Assembly (NCBI GenBank): GCA_037308085.1
Contig: CP147779.1
Span: 800,001-864,000 of the forward strand
Source of the DNA: Promethearchaeati archaeon SRVP18_Atabeyarchaeia-1
Lineage (GTDB): Archaea; Asgardarchaeota; Atabeyarchaeia; Atabeyarchaeales; Atabeyarchaeaceae
Length of the DNA stretch: 64,000 nt
Direction: 5' to 3'
Positions 47,768 through 57,250 of this stretch are shown here, in pieces (position 1 is the first letter of the stretch; each line of letters opens with the position of its first letter). Both the position numbers and the translations under genes were made by a program. The notes beneath the pieces were generated by a model. That model was not told where the DNA came from. It did not search any database and saw only the letters and a program-made list of their open reading frames with translations.

Positions 47768-49071
47768 CTATGTAGGCGTAGGTAGGTATGCGTCAGCGTA
47801 CCTATCGTATGCTACGTAGATCTGGGGCTTCACAGCATCATGTAGGAGCCTCACGAGTTCATCGGTTCCCCTCCGCTCCGCCCCCGTCAGGACGTACCCA
47901 CCCGCAAGGAGCGTAGGCAGGATGGTTTCATCCCACCGCTTCTTCTCATGGGGAACGCCCTCCATCCTCAGGTACAGGTTAATGGCGGCGTTGAGCTGCC
48001 TATCTATCCGCAGCCCACAGCTCCGGCACTCGAAGACTGCTGCTCCTCTTAGGTCTTTGTTTATCCACCCGCATCTGGAGCACCTCTTCGAGGTGAACTG
48101 GGGAGGCACCTCAACTCCTCCTGCAAGCCTCCTTATTTCGCGCCAGTCCGTGCGTGCTATCCGGCGATTCCACTTCCTGGAACGCGTATACAGCCTCTCC
48201 TTTCTTAGAGCTTCGAATCCGTTGGCGTCTGAGAGAGATCGCATCACCCTCGCCACTTCAACCTGGTGCTTCCTCGCACGGTTCCTCTCCCTTCCACGAT
48301 ACTTTGCGAGGACCCTCTTCGCCCTCTTGGACTTCGAGGTCTTCCTCTGCACGCTGCGCCTCTTCTCGAAGCTCGACACGTGGACCGAGGCTAGCCTCCT
48401 CGTGTCAATCTTCACCCACCCTGTCTCAGGGCTATAGCCGTCCATGGATAGCATATTCGAGTCCCACGCTACCACCTCAGCAGTTTTCTCCTTCTCCTCC
48501 TCTTCTGTCACATGGATGGGTAGGTGTATTTTGTCTGGCGTGATGACAGGTTCTCCTATGCCGTTGGAGGATACGTTGTCGGGCAGCTTGAAGTAGCGTC
48601 TTGACAAGTCGATGTAGGCGAAGAGGTGCGGCTTCAGGGTGATCCTGAGCGTGTCACCCTCAAGTTTGAGGAGGGTCTGCTTGATGCGCAGGAAAAGTCT
48701 CTTCGCTCGCGGGCACACCCGCCGCCTCTCACCCTTGTCGTAGTTCCTCTTCCATGAAGACATGATGCTGAAGGCCGTCTTCGTGGCGGAGTCAACCCAG
48801 TGCGCAGCGTAGACCCAGTTCTGCAGGTACCTGTCTCTCAACCCGCGCTTGAAGGCATTGTCCCTCCTGTACTTTGGAGAGTCTGTGCTACTTCTTGCCT
48901 TTCAGTTGGTGCTTTCTCCACTCTACTGTCCGCCAGATGTCTTGTAGCGAGGTGTTGAGAAGGTCATTGCAGGCAGCCATTAGGCCGCTGAGTGCTTCGC
49001 CCCGGTTATGACTGAGCGAATAGGTTCTTAGCGTCCCGGTCCACCTCACCGTATTCAATCCTGGCTTCACA
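47768..49071 (-). pseudogene. tnpB: IS200/IS605-family tnpB, split by TAG and frameshift near 48890
   Basis: RuvC-I WDSNMLSMDG; FEAL; TSKRCSRCG..CRSCG; DRQLNAAINL; N-terminus in ORF 48888-49112; GC-rich. Confidence 0.88.
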
Positions 49072-49272
49072 TCCACAAGGCTGTGGAACCATAATAATAT
49101 AAACGACAACATTACTTACACATGCCTGCCCAAGCCTACGAAACTTAACTGCTGAATACGGCAAACCTGAATTCGCATGACGTATACGTTCATAGACCCA
49201 TATAGACTGGAACTGCTTAGAGAGACATTCCAGTTATGGCTTGTGAGCCAATGAGTACACGTCTGTTCTTTA

Positions 49273-50604
49273 TTGGTTCAAACAAGGTTCAGATTTGTGG
49301 GGGCATGCGGTCTCCACCCTAGGACGCTGAGAGAAGGTTGTTCTAAGTTGGTCGGTGAGCTTAGGGTTCCATATGGAAACGGAATGCTGTTCTTTGGTCT
49401 GCCCGAAGAATGGAGCCTAATTTCAAATCTCTCTCCGCAAGATCCAGATCCACTACGTGATCTGAGTGCTACCCTAGCCGGCTCCCTTAGGAACCCCATC
49501 GGTTGCCCCGGAATAGCAGAGCTGGCATCAGGTCGGAAGAGAGTTGCAGTCATAATTGATGACAAGACCCGTCCGACCCCTGCAGATCGACTGATCCCCG
49601 TAGTTCTCAAGGAACTGGAAGCGGCCGGCGTAAAGGATAAGGATGTGACAGTCGTCGTGGGCAGAGGATTACACCCCAAGATGACTGAAAGCGAACTAGC
49701 AGCCAAAATCGGAAAAACTGTCTTGGAATCGGTGAACGTTGCGGATCACAATGCAGACTCCGGCTTCATTCCTCTGGGCAAGACATCGAACAACGTACCC
49801 ATATCTGTAAATAGCCTCGTTGCAGGGTCCGATCTGAAGATCGGCCTGGGTTCGATCTTCCCTCACGAGCTGCTTGGATTTACTGGCGGATCAAGTATTA
49901 TTGTACCAGGAGTGGCCTCTCGGGAAACTATAAACAAGAATCACATGCTCGTCGGCAAGTTCGACGCTGAGTTTGGCAGAATAGAAGGGAACCTGATCAG
50001 AAGCGATTCTGAGGAGGCAGCCAGAAAAACGGGACTCGACATCATCGTAAATGTTGTGCTGAACTCAAAGGATGAAGTGATTAACCTCAGCGTGGGGGAT
50101 GTTGTCAGGGCTCATCGAGAAGGAGTCGCCGTCTCACAGAAGGTTCACGGGGTTAAAATAGAGAAGCTTGCCGACGTTACGATCGTCTCCTCGAGTCCAA
50201 AGGGAACCACGTTTGGGAAGGGGCTCAAAGCCATCTTCGCGGCTGATCTTGCCACTAAGCCTAACGGAACAATAATCTTCGCGTCTCCGTGCAACGAGGG
50301 GATCTCATCAAGCGAAGTATTCCGTGAGATGTTGCTGACTAACCCTGGCCCAAAGTTCCTCTTCAAGCTTCTCAAGGGTGGAGAACTTCCTGGAGAAAGT
50401 TGTGTGCTATACTTGTTCTCACTCGTCAAGAAGAGAAAGAAGATAATTCTCGTCTCAGAAGGCGTGTCGTCTACCGAAGCAGAAAAGATTGGAATCAATA
50501 GTGCCAACAGCATTGAAGAAGCAATCGTGGCATCAGGGAAGAAGAAGGCTGATGTATACGTCATGCCAAGGGGATCCATAACACTGCCAATCTTGCGGCG
50601 ATAG
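49273..50604 (+). CDS. LarA-superfamily (NPN-dependent racemase/epimerase) protein
   Basis: DDKTRP, GLH, PHELLGFTGG, NH, GLK; true start probably ~49348. Confidence 0.88.
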   Translation: MVQTRFRFVGACGLHPRTLREGCSKLVGELRVPYGNGMLFFGLPEEWSLISNLSPQDPDPLRDLSATLAGSLRNPIGCPGIAELASGRKRVAVIIDDKTRPTPADRLIPVVLKELEAAGVKDKDVTVVVGRGLHPKMTESELAAKIGKTVLESVNVADHNADSGFIPLGKTSNNVPISVNSLVAGSDLKIGLGSIFPHELLGFTGGSSIIVPGVASRETINKNHMLVGKFDAEFGRIEGNLIRSDSEEAARKTGLDIIVNVVLNSKDEVINLSVGDVVRAHREGVAVSQKVHGVKIEKLADVTIVSSSPKGTTFGKGLKAIFAADLATKPNGTIIFASPCNEGISSSEVFREMLLTNPGPKFLFKLLKGGELPGESCVLYLFSLVKKRKKIILVSEGVSSTEAEKIGINSANSIEEAIVASGKKKADVYVMPRGSITLPILRR

Positions 50605-50630
50605 CGGGAAGCCGTTTAGGAGGCCCATCC

Positions 50631-51542
50631 TTGTCGAAATTTAGAGCTGAACAAACGATAATCGACATACACGGTCTCAAGATCGGAGGGCAACCTGGAC
50701 AACTACCCACACTTGTGATTCCTTGCCTATTCAATCCGCGCATGAAGGAGGTCTCCGACCACAAGGCAGGTGTCTTCGACAAGAATCGGGTTAGGGTCTA
50801 CCTCGAACGCGTTAGAAAGATGAGTGAGAGTACAGGCAGCCCCTATGCGATCGATGTCATGGCGACGACTCCAGAGGCGATGACCCGGTACATTGAGTTT
50901 ATTACTGGAGAACCAGATGAACTGCCATTTCTGTTCGATGCAATAGAGCCCAAGACCCGTATCGCAGCGGCACAACTTGCAAAGTCGATCGGCGTTGAAG
51001 ACAGAGCCATCTGGAATTCTCTTTCCACAACATCCACTGAAGAGGAATTCAGCGCGGTTATTCAGAACGGAATTGTGAACGTAATAGCGCAGGCTTTTGA
51101 TAGGAAGGATCCATCGCCGAAAGGCTCCCTTGCGTGCTTAACTAGCAAAGGCCTACTCAGCAGGGTCACGCGCTCTATGCCGAAGGGCATACTCATAGAC
51201 GTGCCCGTATTCGATGTTGCAAGCATGGGCGCCACCTCAGAAGCCCTCTCGCTTGTCAGGAGCGAGCTCGGTCTACCGGCAGGGTGCGCGCCAGCTAACG
51301 CCACATACCAGTGGAGGGAGAAAAGAACCGACCTCCTGAGAAAGAACTTTGGCTCAGTCCACGCAGCTGCTTGTGTCATAATGCAATTCAGCGGAGCAAA
51401 CTACCTGCTGATTGGGCCGATTGGAGGTGCAACGAGAATATTCAAGGCTTGCGCCATGACTGACGCAATGATTGCTTACGCGGCTATGACCAAAGGCGTG
51501 AGGCCTCTGGTCAAAACACATCCTATCTATAGCATCTTCTAG
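50631..51542 (+). CDS. mtrH: MtrH-like methyl-H4MPT:corrinoid methyltransferase
   Basis: KIGGQPGQLPT, PFLFD, IWNS, GLPAGCAPAN, HP at C-terminus. Confidence 0.85.
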   Translation: MSKFRAEQTIIDIHGLKIGGQPGQLPTLVIPCLFNPRMKEVSDHKAGVFDKNRVRVYLERVRKMSESTGSPYAIDVMATTPEAMTRYIEFITGEPDELPFLFDAIEPKTRIAAAQLAKSIGVEDRAIWNSLSTTSTEEEFSAVIQNGIVNVIAQAFDRKDPSPKGSLACLTSKGLLSRVTRSMPKGILIDVPVFDVASMGATSEALSLVRSELGLPAGCAPANATYQWREKRTDLLRKNFGSVHAAACVIMQFSGANYLLIGPIGGATRIFKACAMTDAMIAYAAMTKGVRPLVKTHPIYSIF

Positions 51543-51594
51543 GAGGAAAAAAGGGAGACCAAGTCAGATGCGAGTCAATCTCTTAGATCGAATT

Positions 51595-52563
51595 CTATTC
51601 AAATGACTTCTTCAGCAGTTCAACATCGACTCGGCCAGCATGGTACAGTTTGCCAGTCTTCAAGTCATTGATGGTTATCTCGGCGGGTGCAAAGAGTCCC
51701 GGGTCGATCTTGTAGAAATCATATCCCGCTGCTTTGAATGTCTGATGGAATGGCCTGCCGTAGTCTTTTGAAGACGATGATGGGACTTTGTTTATTATGT
51801 CTGAGAGATCTTCTTCCTCAGCTTCGACGGTCAGGTATACTCTTCCTGCTGCAAGTATCACGTCGTTTGTTCTGCCCATTGCCTTTGCGGAATTTGGATG
51901 GATCGGTGCTATCGGTGCTACTCCACACGCGTGCCTTATCTTCTTGGGATCAAAGCCGACCTCGGACAGCTTGTGTATCCCAGTTTCCACGACTCTGCCG
52001 GAAATCTGAACGGAACCAACAACAGAGCTGGTGGGCGCGACAATCACATAAAGATCCGAGTACGAAACAAGACACTTGCCTGCTATTGTTTCAACTATAT
52101 CGTTGTCGACGGTGTGGTCCGTCTCAATCACTATCACGGCCTGTTTTGCCTTATCTTCATAGGAGATTTTCTCGTAGATCTCCTTGGGTTCCAGAGATAG
52201 AGCTCTCGCAGGGCCCGAACCCATCCCGAAGATCTTCTTTTCCTTGTCCTTTATTCTCCACCCCGCAAACTGGGAACCCAGCGTGGCGATGGCTGGGTAG
52301 CCTGTCTCCACAAAGATTGAGGGCAGAATTAAGCCTCCGCCGTAGTCAATCATCGATAGACTTGCTGTTCCAAGTCCACCTAGACAAACCTCAGTCACAA
52401 ACCTCCCCGCATTGAAGCTTCCCTTCGCTTCTATACCGGCATCAAGCACGGTAGCTCCGTTTTCCGTTCTTGTTACCTTGATCCTTAACTCATCTGCATA
52501 CTCTATCATTTCCTGCACTATCGGTAGAGCGCTAGAGTTGACACTAACATCATTTTCCGCCAT
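51595..52563 (-). CDS. mch: methenyl-H4MPT cyclohydrolase
   Basis: GSQFAGW, GSGPARAL, GSVQISGRVVETG, GRTND, DFYKID..FAPA. Confidence 0.96.
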   Translation of the reverse strand: MAENDVSVNSSALPIVQEMIEYADELRIKVTRTENGATVLDAGIEAKGSFNAGRFVTEVCLGGLGTASLSMIDYGGGLILPSIFVETGYPAIATLGSQFAGWRIKDKEKKIFGMGSGPARALSLEPKEIYEKISYEDKAKQAVIVIETDHTVDNDIVETIAGKCLVSYSDLYVIVAPTSSVVGSVQISGRVVETGIHKLSEVGFDPKKIRHACGVAPIAPIHPNSAKAMGRTNDVILAAGRVYLTVEAEEEDLSDIINKVPSSSSKDYGRPFHQTFKAAGYDFYKIDPGLFAPAEITINDLKTGKLYHAGRVDVELLKKSFE

Positions 52564-52754
52564 AGAATGGTGGTCTCCTCAAGTTAAGCCAGTTCCTAGA
52601 TTCGCTTCAAACACAAGAAATACCTTTCCTTGGTACCATCCTATATGGCTTTGGTATCGCAGGGATGACACCAGAGCGGCGATGTAGCTTATAATCAGTG
52701 CGAGGCCGCGTCTGCCACAGACCAGAAAAAGTAGAGGCAAGCAAATACATGATC

Positions 52755-53555
52755 CTAGGCTTTCAGGTAGAGTTCCCCTTTTCCACCGTCTGCGAGGTCT
52801 CCGACGAACTTATTGAAGGGTCCACTTATCTCTTCGCCGTCTTCCTCGCTAGTCCTTGTGCTCGGGACTTTTCCTTCGCTCTTGAAAGATGGGAGTACTT
52901 CAGCGATTCTGCCTAGGATGATGATCTTTCCTTTGGTCATCTCTCCGCCGGCTCGAGGAGCAGCGTCTTTGTGTACTACTATGACTCCACCTTTCAGGTG
53001 TATGCCTGCCATGGCGCCGACGCTGCCTTTGACGACTATCGTGCCATTGGACATCCATGAACCGATCTCGTTTCCGGCGTTTCCCTCGACGAGTATGGTT
53101 CCTCCTGAGGTTCCTCTCCACTCTCCGCGGTACGAGGCGCCCAGGTAGCTTCCGGCGTTTCCTTTGATTGTAATCTCGCCGCCTTTCATCAACGCCCCAG
53201 CCCAGTCCCCCGCGTTTCCTTCGACGGTTATCTTGCCGCCTCTCATGTTGTTGCCTACGTGCATCCCAGCGCTTCCTTTAATTATGATTTCGCCGGCAGT
53301 CATGCCTTCGCCGACTCTCTTAACGGTAGGGATGTCTCCCTGTATGACTATGCGGATATCTTCTGGCTTGTCGACCTTTATTCCCTTAACGTCGAAAACA
53401 TCCTTGAGTTTGAGCTGCCTGTTTCCTCTGAATATAGTTAGACCTAGTATTTGTTCTACTGTTTTTCCAGCAACTTTGTCTGGGCTTATTACTTCAGCTT
53501 CGATAGGGACTTTGCTATTGATACTCTTGGGGACGAGAATGATTTCTTGGACCAC
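52755..53555 (-). CDS. fwdC: formylmethanofuran dehydrogenase subunit C
   Basis: GXGXG beta-helix repeats; YRGEWRG. Confidence 0.95.
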   Translation of the reverse strand: MVQEIILVPKSINSKVPIEAEVISPDKVAGKTVEQILGLTIFRGNRQLKLKDVFDVKGIKVDKPEDIRIVIQGDIPTVKRVGEGMTAGEIIIKGSAGMHVGNNMRGGKITVEGNAGDWAGALMKGGEITIKGNAGSYLGASYRGEWRGTSGGTILVEGNAGNEIGSWMSNGTIVVKGSVGAMAGIHLKGGVIVVHKDAAPRAGGEMTKGKIIILGRIAEVLPSFKSEGKVPSTRTSEEDGEEISGPFNKFVGDLADGGKGELYLKA

Positions 53556-53607
53556 GAGATTTCTTCCTCCATCGAGTAGAATTCGGCGCGATCTACTATA
53601 TTATCCC

Positions 53608-55335
53608 TTACTTCTTTAGTTCCATCTTCACAGGAGCTGGGTTGACTAGGTATTCATCCTGTACAGGGTAGTTCTGGAGGTTTACCGTGTAGTATTTCAT
53701 GAATTTGTCCTTAAGATCTTCGTATACTGCCTTTGTCCAGTCATCAGGAACCTCTATGTCGAGCCAGTGGGTTCTGCCAATTGGCGAAGCTACAACCTCA
53801 CCATCCTTGACTACGATCTGGCCACGAGCAATTGTGTATTTGGCGTTCTTGAAGGCTTTCTCGACGGCTTCAGGGTTCTGGGATGGATTAATCTTGACAG
53901 GATCTAGATCATAAATCGCTACATCAGCGTCGGCACCCACACCTAAGTGCCCCTTATTCTTCATTCCAACGGCCCTGGCGATCCCCGCTCTTGTGATTAT
54001 GGCGATTTCGGAGATGCTGTATTCTCGGTCATAGTTGGGTAGTGTTGTCTTCGATGTCGCCCGCTCGTGTACTTCCTTTAGCATGGCTTCCCTTTTTTTC
54101 TTGCTGACTAACCAAGATATAATGGTTGGATAACTCGTGAAAGGTCCACCATTGGGATGATCAGTCGTCAAGTACATCCTCCAAGGGTCTTTGACTCCTA
54201 GCGCGATTTCGAGTCCCACGGCCCACTGGATTGCGTTGACTCCGGTTCCTTTCTTAATATAGACATATGGGACTATTCCTGCACTTGTTTCGAGTTCAAC
54301 GTCTGCGTTAACCCATTTGAGCCCAGTCAGTTTGTGCAGGTTATACTCCATTGGTCCATCGGCTGTCATAGTTGTTGTGTCGCCGAAGACAACCTGCCCC
54401 ATATCGACTGTGACGTGCTTGTGAGCATTAACATAATTAACTAGTTCATCCGCTGCAGATGAGAAGGTTTTCCAGTCTTCCCCCGCGTAAGCGTGGAACT
54501 GGGCGTGAGTCAGGTGAATGACGGCATCTCTACCGTTCCCTGATGAGTGCGCTATACCCTCCACAGAATTGAGTGTGTCTAGGGTTACTTTGATGTTGCC
54601 AGGGTGACCCAGGTTATTGGGGTGGACATGGATGGTGTGAGGCAGACGTAGTCTCTCATTGACCTTTGCAAGATTTGTTATAACCTCTCTTGGGCTGATG
54701 TCGAAGTAGGGCACCCGATCATCTATTGTATCGCAGTTCTTTCCCCACTTCCAACTCTCAACTCCACCAGGGTTGACCATCTTAATGGCATATCCCTTGG
54801 TAGCTTTGAGCATCCAAGCCACGAAGGCAGTTAGTTTATCAAGATCCTTGTCTTTTATGTAGTCGATTACAAACCAGTTTCCTCCGAAAAGAGGATAGCA
54901 CGCCTTGTCGACAATAGGCATGTCATTAAACTCTTCGTGGACATGTCTTGCTTTTAGCGGTGGCACCGCGGGCTCGATGACAGTCGTCCAACCCATTCTG
55001 GCGTACCTGTAGCCTGTGGTGTAAGTGGAGGGAATTGAATAACCGACACCGGATCTCATGCCTTCTTTCTTGAACTCAAAATCCTTTCTGTGATCCTCAG
55101 GTCTCAGGAGTCTTCCAGCATCAACCTTTGGTCCCGCAATATGAGTGTGAACGTCTACTCCTCCAGGCATTACGATGCATCCACTCGCATCTATGACCTT
55201 AGAATCAGTCGCTTTGACATGAGTCTCATCGACGATCCTGCCATCCTTGATGCAAACAGTGATCTTCTCTCCGTCGGCATTGTTCGCTGGATCGTAAACA
55301 AGACCATTCTTGATTATTATGGCATTGTTCGGCAT
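53608..55335 (-). CDS. fwdA: formylmethanofuran dehydrogenase subunit A
   Basis: DVHTHIAG, KMVNPGG, TTMTADGP, TTDHPNGGPF. Confidence 0.97.
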   Translation of the reverse strand: MPNNAIIIKNGLVYDPANNADGEKITVCIKDGRIVDETHVKATDSKVIDASGCIVMPGGVDVHTHIAGPKVDAGRLLRPEDHRKDFEFKKEGMRSGVGYSIPSTYTTGYRYARMGWTTVIEPAVPPLKARHVHEEFNDMPIVDKACYPLFGGNWFVIDYIKDKDLDKLTAFVAWMLKATKGYAIKMVNPGGVESWKWGKNCDTIDDRVPYFDISPREVITNLAKVNERLRLPHTIHVHPNNLGHPGNIKVTLDTLNSVEGIAHSSGNGRDAVIHLTHAQFHAYAGEDWKTFSSAADELVNYVNAHKHVTVDMGQVVFGDTTTMTADGPMEYNLHKLTGLKWVNADVELETSAGIVPYVYIKKGTGVNAIQWAVGLEIALGVKDPWRMYLTTDHPNGGPFTSYPTIISWLVSKKKREAMLKEVHERATSKTTLPNYDREYSISEIAIITRAGIARAVGMKNKGHLGVGADADVAIYDLDPVKINPSQNPEAVEKAFKNAKYTIARGQIVVKDGEVVASPIGRTHWLDIEVPDDWTKAVYEDLKDKFMKYYTVNLQNYPVQDEYLVNPAPVKMELKK

Positions 55336-55490
55336 GTGTCCAAGACCACCCTATGTACGGTCAGCTTTTCTAGAAGGAATCTTTTCTTAATTGATAAGGG
55401 TTATGCTGCACGCCATAATCATTGTGCGCATTCATCATGACGACTCAGGCGATAATCTGAATTATCAAAGTGATAAACTTTTGTCAACTC

Positions 55491-56699
55491 TTATGTTTTG
55501 CCTAGGATGACCTGACCTGACCTTTGTGAAGGCTGGTGTAGGGCAAGTCCTGGCTTGTACCCCGTGAGCTTGCCGAGTTCAGATGCAAATCCATAAAATA
55601 TCCTCGATAGCTGGATGCCCTTTGGGCAGTTTTCGTCGCACTTTCCACAGTTGACGCACGTATCTCCCATGTGTACTAGTCTTGTTGCATGCAAGAGTAG
55701 TGGGTCAATGGTTTTTATCTTCTTAAGAAGAATACAGTCCTTGCACCAGCAAACTGGGCAGGCACGTACACAGAGTCCGCATTTGGTACAGGGGTCGAGC
55801 ATTGCTTTCAATTGAGCGAACCGCTTGTTTCCTTCAAGTCTGGCAAGTTCCTCATTCTGTTCTTCAAGTCTTTTGTCGGCGCCCTTCTCCATGTCCCTAA
55901 TGACTGAGTCTTTCTGCTCCTTTTCTGAGACATCCGAACTGCTTAGAGAGATTAGCATTCCTTGGCTTTTTGCCAGCTTGATACTCGTAGCCCCCCTCTC
56001 TGTGACGGGTCTAATCAAGATGTTTGGGTTTGCCGAGGGGCTCCTGCGCCAAGCTGAGATGCTGATGTCGCACGTAGGTGGCTCACGATTGCCACATCTT
56101 GTGCAGCATTCCCGCAGTCTCACGTCCTTGCCAAGCTTCAGTGGTGCAATAGTCCCCGAAGTTGCTTTGACCGCTATTTCACTGGGTGTTATCTCACAAG
56201 ACTCGATTTTCGATTGATCTATTCCTTGTTTCTTTATAGCGTTGGCTAAGTCTAGGAAAGACACGCTTCCTGGACATTCCAGGCCGATAATGAATAGGTT
56301 CCCAAACGATACCTGATTTCTCTTCGACAGTTCGACAAGCGCCTCAATCTCGCAAGGACGCGCTACTAAGGCGACCTTTTTGTCGAAGCATCCACCAAGT
56401 TGAGAGTGAATAATCTTGGGAACGCTAAGTAGTCTTGGTAGCCCGACCACCAGATATTGTGAGAGGAGACGGTAGTCGAGGCTCGAGACATCAGAAGAGG
56501 CTTCAACTGAGACAGCCTGCATTCCGCCGCCTGGCTTCTTCTCGGTGAAGGTCAGAAATGCATCCACGATCCCACCATCCAGCAATGCTTTGTAGAGCGA
56601 CTTGATCGTGGTTTCCACTGGACGACCGCGGTTTTCGTCACTGATTCGGCATGTGATGTACGATCTGTCCTCACTCACCTTCACCAACTCCATATTCAA
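55491..56699 (-). CDS. FdhB/FrhB-family (F420-interacting-type) subunit with C-terminal 2x[4Fe-4S]
   Basis: ARPCEIEALVELSKRNQ, IIGLECPG, LRECCTRC, CTKCGLCVRACPVCWC, CVNCGKCDENCP. Confidence 0.85.
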   Translation of the reverse strand: MNMELVKVSEDRSYITCRISDENRGRPVETTIKSLYKALLDGGIVDAFLTFTEKKPGGGMQAVSVEASSDVSSLDYRLLSQYLVVGLPRLLSVPKIIHSQLGGCFDKKVALVARPCEIEALVELSKRNQVSFGNLFIIGLECPGSVSFLDLANAIKKQGIDQSKIESCEITPSEIAVKATSGTIAPLKLGKDVRLRECCTRCGNREPPTCDISISAWRRSPSANPNILIRPVTERGATSIKLAKSQGMLISLSSSDVSEKEQKDSVIRDMEKGADKRLEEQNEELARLEGNKRFAQLKAMLDPCTKCGLCVRACPVCWCKDCILLKKIKTIDPLLLHATRLVHMGDTCVNCGKCDENCPKGIQLSRIFYGFASELGKLTGYKPGLALHQPSQRSGQVILGKT

Positions 56700-56704
56700 A
56701 GTTC

Positions 56705-56785
56705 GTAATCATAATCATCGTAAGGTGTATTTGTCCCCGCCATACCCTGGCAAACAGGGTAAGTCCCATTCATGACACATCTCTG
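56705..56785 (-). promoter_or_regulatory. candidate SECIS element in the mvhD 3' UTR
   Basis: GUC-AUGAA...CGAU-GAU tandem G.A-core-like pairing enclosing a perfect UACCCUG/CAGGGUA hairpin, immediately after two UGA-containing genes. Confidence 0.45.
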
Positions 56786-56786
56786 T

Positions 56787-57224
56787 TTACTCATGATGGT
56801 CATCCAGCTTGGCGGGTTCTGCCTTGAAGGGGTTCTGGCCCAAAGACCGGATTATCTCGACGGCTGTCTTGACCACTTCAGCGAATTTCTCTCCTTCTGC
56901 TGATGAGCAATTGTAGAACTGAGCTCTGTCTGCGCCGATTCCCATGAACCCGAGGATCTGCTGTACATGCTTGACTTGGTTCTTCGCGATAATGTTTCCC
57001 TTTTCGTATTCGCAGGTTCCTTCGTATCAGCCTACCACTAGAACGCCATCAGCGCCTTTCCTCAGTGCCCTGATAATCAGATCTCCGTCGACACGCCCGG
57101 CGCAGGGCACACGGATAGTTCTCACGTTCGATGGGTACTGTATTCTTCCGATCCCTGCTGTGTCAGCCGCGCCATACCCTCATTTCCAACAGAGGAACAT
57201 TGCTATCTTTGGTTCGAAAGCCAT
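56787..57224 (-). CDS. mvhD: MvhD/VhuD [2Fe-2S] protein, probable selenoprotein with 2 in-frame UGA (57180-82, 57027-29); absent from the ORF track
   Basis: MAFEPKIAMFLCWK-U-GYGAADTAGIGRIQYPSNVRTIRVPCAGRVD..GADGVLVVG-U-YEGTCEY..SSAEGEKFA; 145 aa ending in TAA. Confidence 0.93.
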
Positions 57225-57250
57225 TTTCACGCGACACCTCTTTCAGTCGA

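Noticed and set aside
48888-48890. TAG in tnpB as pyrrolysine
   Set aside because: Accompanied by a frameshift, so pseudogenisation is simpler; no pyl genes in the window
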